50,277 nucleotides of DNA, from NCBI RefSeq assembly GCF_006345805.1, contig NW_021834499.1:1-50277 (forward strand), in the 5' to 3' direction. Shown piece after piece: positions 38,532 to 50,277 of the stretch. This DNA comes from Octopus sinensis (Eukaryota). The position numbers and the translations under genes are program-made. The notes under the pieces are model-generated. The model had not been told where the DNA came from. It did not search any database and was given only the letters and a program-made list of their open reading frames with translations. Numbering within the stretch: position 1 is the first letter of the stretch; the number at the start of each line of letters is the position of its first letter.

Positions 38532-38717
38532 ATACTAAGCAATAAGGGTTTAGCAACGAGTTGCCTTACCACATACCGAATTTAGAAATAGCAGTCAAAG
38601 GGTTATAGCTATTTCTTCTACTAAAAAGTAGAAGAAATAGCTATAACCCTTTGACTGCTATTTCTAAATTCGGTATGTGGTAAGGCAACTCGTTGCTAAA
38701 CCCTTATTGCTTAGTAT
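38532..38717. repeat. Perfect inverted repeat, 91-bp arms, 4-nt loop (aaaa)
   Basis: 38532-38622 is the exact reverse complement of 38627-38717, checked base by base; ends at (TA)n. Confidence 0.97.
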
Positions 38718-38959
38718 ATATATATATATAATATATATATATATAAATTTGTCTTTCATTCGCTGTCTCTGCATACATACACATACACACTCACACAGAC
38801 ACATACTCACATACACACACAGAAACACAAACACATATACATTTGCATATATGCATTTGTATATATATGTATGTATTGAACAAGAAATACATAAACAGAT
38901 CGACAGATAGACAGACACACTGATAAACAGACCTGACAGACTGATAGATAGATAGGTAG

Positions 38960-39023
<64 letters not shown>

Positions 39024-39557
39024 TATGTGTGTGAGAGAGTGAGAAAGTGTGAGATCTGTGGGCGGAGAAAATGAATCCTACACGTAGAAATGGAAAGTTT
39101 GTGCAGATCAATAAATAATTCATATCGATGCTTAATTGCTCAATTAATCATTTACAATAACAATTGAGTGTGCAGCTATTTCACTCTCTCAGCACTTGTT
39201 CATCGCTATCGTCTCTCCCTCCCTTTCTCCCAGTTTCTATCTACCTCTCCAATTTTCCCCCTCCTTCTCTCTCCTCTCTCTCTGTCTCTCTCTCTCTCTC
39301 TCTATGTTTCTCTGTGTATATATTCACCAGAACCTATATATTTTCTTATCTCTCTATCTTTCGCTATATAGCTTTTTCTTGCCTTCTCATTCAGTCTATT
39401 CCTCTATTTCTTTCTCTCTCTGTCCCTCTCTTACTCTCTCTGCCTCTCTACGTCTCTCTCTACATACCTCTGTGGATATGGTCGCTCCTTTATGTAAGAA
39501 TGCGTGTTCTCGTAAGTGAGAATATGTATATATATGTATATATATATATATATATAT

Positions 39558-39599
<42 letters not shown>

Positions 39600-39607
39600 T
39601 ATATATC

Positions 39608-39640
<33 letters not shown>

Positions 39641-40145
39641 GTATTATGTATGTATATATACATATCTACATATATATTTTGTTTGTGTGTGTGAGTCTCA
39701 TCAGTCTGAAATGTGTCCCAAATTCACAGGTATTCCTCAAATATTAAGTGGTTCTAAACTAAGCTCCATATGGCTCCTTATGTTCCATTTATGATTTCTC
39801 CTTAAACTTTATATGCAATAACCTGATTACCCTTTTACAATACACAACATATTTAAACATTTCTCATACAATTCCCAATAATATTTTATTACGAAAACAT
39901 AATAGAAGATTTTAGACACCAAATGGCTATGAAGATACCCCATTTCTCAAGTAAAACAGGAAATCAGAGTTCCATTGGTAAAAGAATGGTTGATAATCAC
40001 TGGCTTAAACGAATCGTCCCTTTCCCTAATATCTCGCCCTTAATACTCTTAGGAGTACTATTTACAAAGATATATTTATTTCTAAATCAGTTGTTAATAT
40101 TTTCTTCTAAAATTCGCTTCAATGAATTTTTCATTAATAATATAT

Positions 40146-40376
40146 ATTTCTTTACTACCCACAAGGGGCTAAACACAGAGGAGACAAACAAGTACAGTAA
40201 AACGGATTAAATCGATTATATCGACCCCAGTGCGTAACTGGTACTTATTTAATCGACCCCGAAAGGATGAAAGGCAAAGTCGACCTCAGCGGAATTTGAA
40301 CTCAGAACGTAACGGCAGACGAAATACGGCTACGCATTTCGCCCGACGTGCTAACGTTTCTGCCAGCTCGCCGCCC
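40146..40376 (-). mobile_element. SINE family D, full-length copy
   Basis: Reverse complement: ggcggcgagctggcagaaacgttagc...gagttcaaattccgc...cctttcggggtcgattaaataagtaccagtt...gtgggtagtaaagaaat. Confidence 0.93.
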
Positions 40377-40689
40377 TTTCATTAATAACATATCTTAGTC
40401 ATTACCAAGCTGGTATGTGAAATGTAAATTAAGATGCTAATTTTGATTGAACAGTTATATTTTGAACGTGTAAGTGAAAAAGAAACTTGTAGTGGTGGTC
40501 ATCTGTAATGGCCCAAATGTATAGTGGGAGGTGAAATTTAAAAATATGCCGAAACATCGCAATTTACCACAGGCAAACGTTTATTTACGTATATTTGCGT
40601 ATCTCTATTTACGAATATTTACGTATCTATATTTGCGTATATATACGTATCCATATTTACGCGTATTTACGTATCTATATAGATAGTGA

Positions 40690-40950
40690 TGGGCGGTTGG
40701 CCTAGTGGTTACGATGTTGCACACACAGTCGCGAGACTGGGTGGTACGTTGTGTTTTTGAGCAAATCTTTTCGTCTCATGTTGCTCTGCAATGACTTCGA
40801 CACGTGACGGGTGGCACATCATACACTTGTTCTAACAGTGTCTCTTTAATGGAGAGAGTGAGCACTAACGTGCGGCACGAACATCTAATCACTCTAAACA
40901 AACCATTCGTGCAGGTCGTTCGGCAAAAGCTGAACGCTCATACGACGTCG
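40690..40950 (+). mobile_element. tRNA-head SINE family C (diverged)
   Basis: ttggcctagtggttacgatgttgcac (A box) followed by a SINE-like body. Confidence 0.6.
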
Positions 40951-40997
40951 TCGAGCCATTTGTTATTAGTATTATTATTATTATTGCTAAGCCGGCG

Positions 40998-41205
40998 AAA
41001 GCGGCGAACTGGCAGAATCGTTAGCACGCCGGGCGAAATGCTTAACAATATTTCGTCCGTCTTTACGTTCTGAGTTCAAATTCCGCCGAGGTCGACTTTG
41101 CCCTTTCATCCTTTCGGGGTCAATTAAATAAGTACCAGTTGTGTACCGGGGTCTATGTAAACGACTGCCCCCCTTCCCCAAATCTCAGTCATTGTTCCTA
41201 TAGTA
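40998..41205 (+). mobile_element. SINE family D copy (second partial copy at ~41280-41390)
   Basis: gcggcgaactggcagaatcgttagcacgccgggcgaaatgc...gagttcaaattccgccgaggtcgactttg. Confidence 0.9.
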
Positions 41206-41211
41206 CAGAGG

Positions 41212-41271
<60 letters not shown>

Positions 41272-41435
41272 GTCATTGCTAAGACGGTGAGCTGACAGAA
41301 TCGTTAGTACGCCGGGCAAAATGCTTAGCGACATTTCGTCCATCTTTATGTTCTGAGTTCAAATTCCGCCGTGGTCGATTTTGCCTTATATTTATATATA
41401 TATATAAATTTTATATTTAATAAATAATTATAATT

Positions 41436-41750
41436 GAGGGTACACGAGGTACCAGCGTCGCTATAAATAAGAATCGAAAAATACTCTAATAATCCACCAT
41501 TTCACTGAAAGCACATCAAGTCGACGAAAATCGAGGGACGAGCAAAGAAATCAACTTACCATCGCGGATGATAGTCGCAAATGAAGCTACAGATATTCCT
41601 GCATCCTATGATTTCGAACTATGAGATGATTCCCTTAGTTCTCATCGACGGGTCTCGCTGTCTACGTAGGGTTAAAATTTTTACTCGCTTCTTCATGCCT
41701 GTTGATCGTTGAAAGACCAAACGATGCCAGTGGATAATTTTACATAAATA
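41436..41750 (+). mobile_element. Left end and internal sequence of a TIR element (termini GAGGGTACAC)
   Basis: gagggtacacgaggtaccagcgtcgctataaataagaatcgaaaaatactctaataa matches both arms of the 42696-42841 element. Confidence 0.7.
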
Positions 41751-41789
41751 AATAAATATAGATATTATTATTATCATGAATAATAAATA

Positions 41790-41870
<81 letters not shown>

Positions 41871-41871
<1 letters not shown>

Positions 41872-42374
41872 GGCACACACCAGAAAAGGTCACAGAAAAC
41901 GAGAAAGCAACCATACTCTGGGATATGCCGATACACACAGATAGAGAAATTAAGGCCAACAGACCAGATATAGTTGTCAGAGATCATGAAGAAAAAAAAT
42001 ATGTTTTCTAATTGATGTAACAATACCGGCAGATGACAACGTGTCTCTAAAAGAAATGGAGAAACTCTCAAAATACAAAGACCTGGAAATAGAGGTAACC
42101 AGAATGTGGAATCTGAAAACAGAAACAATTCCTATCATAGTAGGTGCATTAGGCATGATAAAAAAATATTCAGACAAATACATAACAAAAACACCAGGAC
42201 TTACAAACACATATAACATACAGAAAATTGCACTACTAGGCACTGCACACATCCTACGCAGAACACTTTCCATACAATAACCATCAGAGCATCACAACAA
42301 ATCACAGCACAAACCCAAGGCACACAGAGCTGCGCTCGGTAGTGAAGCGAAAGCACGCTATAAAAATAAAACTA

Positions 42375-42377
<3 letters not shown>
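41871..42377 (+). mobile_element. 5'-truncated R4/Dong-clade non-LTR retrotransposon (RLE endonuclease C-terminus) inserted in (AAT)n
   Basis: RHTPEKVTENEKATILWDMPIHTDREIKANRPDIVVRDHEEK / KICFLIDVTIPADDNVSLKEMEKLSKYKDLEIEVTRMWNLKTETIPIIVGALG...LLGTAHILRRTLSIQ*; PD..D..K restriction-like endonuclease motif; one +1 frameshift in an A run at ~41992-41999; (AAT)n on both sides. Confidence 0.92.
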
Positions 42378-42408
<31 letters not shown>

Positions 42409-42558
42409 TATAATAATAATAATAATATAATATAATAATAATAATAATAAATAATAATAATAATAATAATAATAGTATAATAATAATAATAATAGTAATA
42501 TAATAATAATAATAATATAATAATAATAATAATAAGGATAATAGTAATAATAATAATA

Positions 42559-42598
<40 letters not shown>

Positions 42599-42695
42599 TA
42601 ATAATAATAATAATAATGATACAAATGGCCAGTAAGTATTAAAGCCAATGTAAGAGCAAATCCGTAAATTTTCTAATTAATTAATAATTATAATT

Positions 42696-42841
42696 GAGGG
42701 TACACTAGGCACCACCGTTGCTATAAATAAGATTCGAAAGATACACTTATAACCCACTATTTCACTGAAAGCGCAACAAATGGCTTATTAGAGTATTGTT
42801 CGAATCTTATTTATAGCAACGGTGGTGCCTCGTGTACCCTC
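42696..42841. mobile_element. 146-bp MITE-like palindromic element with ~43-bp TIRs
   Basis: gagggtacactaggcaccaccgttgctataaataagattcgaa ... ttcgaatcttatttatagcaacggtggtgcctcgtgtaccctc (1 mismatch); symmetry continues into the flanking ataattataatt. Confidence 0.85.
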
Positions 42842-42927
42842 AATTATAATTATCAATTAATTATAATATTTATGGAATGTGCTCTTTTTTTGGCTCTAAT
42901 GCTTGCTGGCCGCTTGTATTATTATTA

Positions 42928-42974
<47 letters not shown>

Positions 42975-42997
42975 GTTGTTGTTGTTGTTGTTGTTGC

Positions 42998-43031
<34 letters not shown>

Positions 43032-43068
43032 ATTATTATTATTGTTATTGTTGTTGTTGTTGTTGATG

Positions 43069-43113
<45 letters not shown>

Positions 43114-43959
43114 GTAGTAGTAGTAGTAGTAGTAGTAGTAATAATATCTACATTTATTTATGTATGTGAGTGTGTATCACTTCTTCAATGTATCTATCAG
43201 ACTACTAGTTTTTGTTATACACCGCTGGTCACAATACACTTACGATTCGTTCTTGATTCCGCTCTTTTTTTCCATTTTCCCCTAAATGATTTAACTAAAT
43301 CGTTTCCTCATGGTCTGAAATCGAAGACGCAAAACGAATAAGATGGCTGCTGTACATACTTATTCAGTTACTTAACATATGCACTTTATACGTTACTATG
43401 AGAAGTACAGATTGAAAATCCTATTCACTAAGGAATTATTGATTAATTAATTAATTAATTGATTAATTATCAAATAATTGACAGATGACACAAATCTCGC
43501 CCTGTGGGTGGAATTTTCCGTTTTCAAACCGTTTTGACTCATTATCTTTTGCCCTCCTTCTCACTAATGTTCGTTATACAAGAAACCCTTTTATAAATCC
43601 AATAAACCCGGTACGGATATAGGCACCAGATTTTAAAGTTGTATATTTTGCTCGTAAACAAAACAAATTATTTTTTTCTATTATTCAAATATTGGCTTTC
43701 AGCTTTTACGCCTTTATCATCTCTTTTTCGTATAAATTGGACTTACTGCAACAGATATTTTAAAGTTTTCCTTCGTTTGCGAAGATCTCTGTTAAAATAG
43801 GATTTGCTTGATTTTCTGACATTTAGGTACCAAATATAATCTGATAGTGGAGTACAAAAGCATGACCAGAATGAATGGAAAGACTGTGTGTAGCATTCTT
43901 TAAATATGTCCTCAGTACCCCTATATATGTCCTTTTCGATTCATCAACTGATTCTTATG

Positions 43960-44140
43960 TCGATACAGGCATATTTTCTGTTAAATGGCGACTATTTTAT
44001 ATGGTTGCTTTTGATGGATATACGAATGAATGTTTTTCAGTACCATTCACATCTCATGTTTTAGCAAGTCTGTCATCTCTATAGAGTCCAATATTAATGG
44101 ATTTTGTTTGTTTTTCTAGTTTGTTTGAGGGCGACTGTTC
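43960..44140 (-). mobile_element. Penelope-like reverse transcriptase remnant
   Basis: Minus-strand frame SNKLEKQTKSINIGLYRDDRLA (GLYRDD codons 44089-44072), followed by a YIHQK/NH-like remnant; resembles the Penelope-type RT catalytic motif. Confidence 0.55.
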
Positions 44141-47050
44141 GCCATACGTATAATCCAAATTATGTGAAATTCTAATGTTATCTGAAGATTTGATTACTAA
44201 TTCTATCAGGTGACATGGAGAGACTTCAAATGTCCTCCATGCATCAATGATTTATTCAAATTTTCCAATATGCGAACACATGCAAAACGATTTCAGTATT
44301 GGATGACAGTTCATTTATAACATTATCCCCGTTGGGGAAAGTAAACCTCTATTTTACTCGTTCACATTTCCCCCTTGCTTCAAACATGTAGGAGTGTGTA
44401 CCTGGACAGAAGATGGCTGTATCTATATATTCATATCTACCTATATGTATTTAAGTGAATGTATGTATGTATATACGTGCGTACGTGTGTGTATGTGTGT
44501 GTATGTGAACACTTGCAAAACATATATATATTAATTATGCTTCCCAAAGAATAAAGCCTATTTTTTTATGTAGGCAATATTTGGGACACATCAATATTAC
44601 TCGCTATACAGTTGAATATCTCTGTATAATGAAATCCGATATAATTGTTGGATGATACATTAATATCTCCTGCCACATTTTGCCTTGGATCAGAGAAGTG
44701 TGAGAGAGAGAGAGGGAGTAAAAGAGAGATACCGGATGAAGGGAGAGGAAAGAGAGAATAAGGAGTAGAAGGAGCAAATATCAGATTAATTATGAGGATA
44801 GTTATACAAATGGAAAAAATATATTCTTATAGCTTTCTTTTATTGTAAAGAATATTTTTTGTTTCAAAATTTAGTATTTATTTGATGGTTTTGTACAATC
44901 ACCACAAGAATATTTCCTGATTTTACTCACGGTAGCAACATCGTTCTTCCAAATTTAGACGTTATATGACGGGTAACGTTCTAGTATAAATGTAATATGT
45001 AACATAGAACGACGTGCTTCGCTGAATAGAATTACATGAATGTAAATGTAAATCTATATAGCGAAGCAAGTTTCAAATATCTTAAATTATTGATCTGCCT
45101 TCCTTTAACATATTTAACAGTTGCAATGTGTTAAGATAATCAAGTGTTAAATATCTTTAAACATGAATAATTGTTAGAAAGGTTCGTTTAAGATTCCGAT
45201 ACTTAAGTATTGATTAATCTTCGATAATTGCATGATAATTTTCCTGCGTTTTTATTTATGATCATTAACGGACGAATGAGGTTAAATAACATAAAAATTT
45301 CATTGAATCGGACCTCTAAATAGCTAATTTGATCGACTACTCTACAGTGAAGCTGAGGTTGTTGCAATGCATCAAGCAATGTTATGTTTCTAAATATAAA
45401 ACTTGCTGCCGTAAACGATACTATCTCCTCCTTGGTACTAAATAAGCAGCGACTCTATAAGTATCAAGCGATAAATATCTTCTGGGATGAAAAATTTTGA
45501 GTATAACTTATTGTAAACGTAATATCCTAGGCATCAAATTGGTAGAGTCGTTCGATTGTCGAATAAATTTCATTGCAGTATTCGTTTTGGTATTTTCATG
45601 CGATGTATTAAAACCCCGCGAGGGAGGGCAACTTTGGTTTTCATTCTATTGATATTGATAAATACAGAAAGATTTTTCTCGTGATCTTTCTTTCTGACTG
45701 CTTCTTTTCTTTCTGGAAGATATCGGCTGCAGTGAGACATGGAAAGAGAAGGGGTCAATCAGAAAAAAGTGTCCACTTCGTACCGTATATCATGGCATGG
45801 TAAAAGTTGCAAACTGTTAAAAAATATGTTGTGTCAAAGAAATTCTATCGTTAAATCAAGCGTAATATTATGGTGTCCCGGTTTCAGACAAAATATCTGA
45901 CAATCAAAGATGTCATTATCAAGATGTCAACATGATTTAAATTTTTTTTTAATTCATTGATGATTAATCAACGGGTTGAGAGAATTCAATGAACTTTAAA
46001 AAGACCACTGGATCCCCACTGAAGTTGCCATGGGTTATATGATATCCTATCTATAGGGTGGTCCAAAGGCGCAAGAAAATAAATAGTCAATTCTCACACA
46101 CATCACAGCATGCATTTTCTTGAAAAGACAGTTGAAGAAAAAAATAATGCATGGAAGGAAAACAACTTTGGGTCTTGTGGAGTGATTGCCGAAGTGCTCT
46201 TTGGTCGGCGAACAAGTGAGAATTGAAGAGACCAGGGAATGTAGTCGAAATAATAGCAACAATAGTAGCAGCAGCAGCAGCAGCAGCACCAACACCAATA
46301 GCAGCAATAACAGCAGTAAGTATGTCTGCTTAAAAACATAGAGAGAAAAAGAATGCAAAACGAAGCCAGCATGGAATCTTTTACTCCCTAGATATACTAC
46401 GACTGAATAGAATCTGGGATAGCCGCGGTGGGAATGTCTGACCAAGGTATACTCTATTAGGGTTCAGCTGGGAATAAGCAACAAAGATAGCACTTACAAG
46501 TAAGTGTCCCAAACCGTATTACAATCAAATCTGTCAGGGGGAGCACATTCTTCCTTAAACTACAATGAATAATTCATACCTTCGAGTATGATCTCACTGC
46601 GCGAGTGTTTACAAAAAAGTGTATTCTATCGAAGCCACGAGTCAACCAAAGATTTGTGAGGCAGATTTGGTTAATGGAATCAGTGTGAAACTTCGTCGGG
46701 AATGGTAGGGTGGGGTCTGTTCGTAAGGGAGGTTATTCCGTCATCCAGCTAAGGCACATTACCTGTTCCTTGAATCTATTATGGCTATCCAAGCTTTGCA
46801 ATAATCTAGGGCTGGTTTTCGATAACTTTCTCTCCCCAATTTCGGAGGCTGAGGACAGAGGCATGGCCGCTTTGCATTCTGTTTCGGATTTTCATCTTTT
46901 GTATCATTCACGTGTTTCAGTACCGCCTTGAAGAATTGTTGTCGAACGAGTGGACCCCCGGGAATATTTCTTTCTTTAGCTTCGTACTTATTCTATTGGT
47001 CTTATTTGAGCTAAGTTACAGGGACTTAAACGCATATATATATATGTATG

Positions 47051-47084
<34 letters not shown>

Positions 47085-47170
47085 TGTATGTATGTATGTA
47101 TCTATGTATGTATGTATGTATGTATGTAAGTATGTAATGTATATATGTTGTATGTATGTATGTATAAATA

Positions 47171-47333
47171 TACACACGAAATCTGATCAATAAGTATCCG
47201 GACTGCTGACATAGTAACAAATCTAAAGCACGTAGTGAAGCCGCTTGGCACAAATTCATCATGAACAATGCTGTGCACTCGAACTAGTTTCGTTAGTATG
47301 GCGACAGTGCGGATACTTATTCATTGGACCTCC

Positions 47334-47337
<4 letters not shown>
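47171..47337. mobile_element. ~165-bp mariner-type MITE
   Basis: Inverted termini aataagtatccggactg (47189-47205) and cagtgcggatacttatt (47305-47321), with degenerate outer tac.../...cta ends. Confidence 0.7.
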
Positions 47338-47371
<34 letters not shown>

Positions 47372-47432
47372 ATCTATCTATATCTATCTATATATCTATC
47401 TATCTATCTATCTATATATATATATATATATA

Positions 47433-47478
<46 letters not shown>

Positions 47479-47495
47479 GTGTGTGTGTATATGTG

Positions 47496-47544
<49 letters not shown>

Positions 47545-47584
47545 TGTGTGTGTGTGTGTGTGTCTGTGTGTGTGTGTGTATGAC

Positions 47585-47695
47585 TTTAGTCAACCCGAGG
47601 ATATAGTGAAGATATACCAAGTTGGCACACAGTGGGACTGAACCCAGAACCATGTGCTTCTGAAGCAAGGAACCTTACCACATAGTCACGCCTTC
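47585..47695 (-). mobile_element. SINE family A head fragment
   Basis: cagtgggactgaacccagaaccatgtg...cttaccac. Confidence 0.75.
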
Positions 47696-48829
47696 GCTAG
47701 TTAGTACCAGATAATAAATTCTATTTATCATGCTTTATTTTTATTGTTATTTGTGTTGAACCCTGGGACTCATAAGGCCGGTTAACATGTTAGCAATATC
47801 GCAACAACTCCTGAACAAGAGGACGGTCTGCTGCGGAGCACGAGGCCAGTACTTAAAAGGGGAGAGAACATCCCCCACACCCAGTGCTTGATTAGTACCA
47901 CATTTTATTGACTCCCGAAGAGATGAAAAGTAAAGCTGACTACAAAGAGATTTCTAATACTCCATTTTATTAACCCATGAAGGGACAAAAAACAAAGCTG
48001 ACCGCACCGAGATTTGAACGCAGATTGCAAAACCATTTTGTCCGACGTGCTAATGATTTTGCCAAATTACTGCTTAATATTATTTTTAGGAACGTAGCAT
48101 CTATTCAGACGGGAAACAAAACTGCGTAGCAAATATTAGCTTAGTGCAAGTACACAACAGCAAGGAGGCTTGCACTTAGATTCACGAAGAAAAATTAACC
48201 GGTCAATAGCTAAAGGTTAACGTTTAATTGTGAAACAATGTAGAAATAAATATTATGATCAAAACAAACGTAGAATTAGTTAAATATATAAGGGAGGGCA
48301 GTCAGTAATTATGATATATTTTTGTGGCGGAGAATTTAGTTGTCATCTAATAGCAATTAAGGAAATGATTTAGGCATTAGTTTGAAGAGAGCAGATAGGC
48401 CGTATGTCATGAGAGTTCCATTATGTCAGTAATGTGGAATGTGGCGAACGAATAGACTGACTGACTGAATCGGATAACAGGCGGGCAGGTCCGTTTGTAA
48501 TAATAGTCCTACACTCACAAATGTAAACACTCACACACACACATACACAGAAACACACATACACAGAAACACACACACACACACAGACACTGACGCGCAC
48601 ACAGAGGCACACACACGTATATGAAAAAATATATATGGCTGCGTGTCTGATGTATATGCGTTTATGTGTGTGTATGTGTGAGAGTATATGTATATACATA
48701 TATATATGTACATATGTGTGTCTGTGACTGTGTCTATATATATATATATATAATATATATATATATTATATATATATATGCACAAATCCCGCTGTGTAAA
48801 TATGTATATATATATTTTTTTCTTATATA

Positions 48830-48867
<38 letters not shown>

Positions 48868-48910
48868 GTATATATATATATATATATATTTTTGTTTGGA
48901 TTAACTATAT

Positions 48911-48943
<33 letters not shown>

Positions 48944-49401
48944 TCACAAATCCTGCTGTGTCAATATATACATATGTGTGTGTGTGAGTGTATACGTATG
49001 TGTATATACAAACAAATATATACAAAACCATACACACACGTATGCATAAGCTGCATTATGGACATACATATCGAATTACATATAATTACATATATACGTA
49101 GATATAGGTGTGTGTACAAGTGTGTGCATGTGTATGCGCGTGTGCATGTGTGCATAAGTGTGCACGTGTGTGTGTGTTTGTGTGTATAAGTGTGCGTACG
49201 TTCGTAGAGGCATACATAGCTCTATTTTGGTTTTGCCAGAATCTTGGTGGAGATCTGAAGTAACGTATAGCAAGTAAATCATATTTAAAGGAATTTAATT
49301 GTCAAATGAGCAGCACTTCGTTGCCGAAAATATATAAAATTACGTATAGACAAACAAGCAGATGCTCATTTGCACATATGTATATTCACGAATACGAATA
49401 T

Positions 49402-49444
<43 letters not shown>

Positions 49445-49735
49445 TCATATGTATGTATTTATTTATACATTTCTTTATGCATCTTTTTATGTATATACGT
49501 TTATCCATTGTTATAACTTTCAACTTCGTTGCAAGATATTTTATCAGAGAATCTTACAGACGGGTGAGGCAATCTGGTGCTGCTATATAGGCCATTTAAA
49601 ACCTGAACACATGTATAATGTTATTTTGTCGTTTATTATCGTAGGTTTGCTTTTTGTTTTTCATAACATTTAAAGTTTACGCACGTTTGCATGTGAACAT
49701 ATCTGTGTGTTCATGTATGTATGTGTATATGTATG

Positions 49736-49836
<101 letters not shown>

Positions 49837-49979
49837 ATATATATATATATATATATATATATGTATTTGAGTGTGTATTTATAGTCATACCAGTGAGGGT
49901 TTGAAATGACACTTAATACGGAGAAGAACAAGCAATTATGACTGTGGAGCTCGATCATCGCCTGCGCTGTGGTAGCGAA

Positions 49980-50112
49980 ATATATTTATATCTATCTATC
50001 TATCTATCTATCATCTATCTATCTATCTATCTATCTAATCTATCTACTATCTATCGGTTGCTGTCTATCTATCTGTCCTGTCTATATATCTATCTATCTA
50101 TCTATTTATCTA

Positions 50113-50181
<69 letters not shown>

Positions 50182-50202
50182 GTCTGTCTATCTATCTGTC
50201 TG

Positions 50203-50270
<68 letters not shown>
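49980..50270. repeat. (CTAT)n microsatellite
   Basis: Directly visible. Confidence 0.95.
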
Positions 50271-50272
<2 letters not shown>

Positions 50273-50277
50273 GGGCC

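Noticed and set aside
40595-40682. Degenerate ~10-bp tandem (tatttacgta) and the similar 7-8-bp tandem at ~1672-1720
   Set aside because: Ordinary slippage minisatellites; no spacers, so not CRISPR-like.
46140-46250. Possible third R4/Dong 3' end (KTTL/GSCGVIAEVL) before a trinucleotide repeat
   Set aside because: Needs a frameshift and matches only a few residues; too weak to call.

Overview
Eukaryotic, AT-rich, non-genic (intergenic or intronic) DNA. It is dominated by microsatellites and short repeats whose style suggests an octopus/cephalopod genome (inference from recognised repeat families, not a database result). No intact host protein-coding gene, rRNA, true tRNA gene or CRISPR array is supported; almost all ORFs in the track are microsatellite translations. 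Identifiable content: at least four tRNA-derived SINE families, decayed Tc1/mariner elements (a DD37D maT-type transposase, a mariner internal-deletion derivative, two non-autonomous TIR elements), two R4/Dong-type RLE retrotransposon 3' ends next to (AAT)n, a Penelope-like RT remnant (GLYRDD), two near-identical tandem duplications (1651 bp x2; ~782 bp x2.6) and several long palindromes. The most interesting signal is a structured RNA motif present once in each ~782-bp tandem unit (minus strand) and in a 64%-identical relative at 35.1 kb. It has three helices with five compensatory base-pair changes and carries the hammerhead core strands (NUH, GAAA, CUGANGA) in a non-canonical order that seems to need pairing between repeat units. 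Ribozyme activity is a hypothesis, and helix II is weak. Boundaries of degenerate repeats are approximate.
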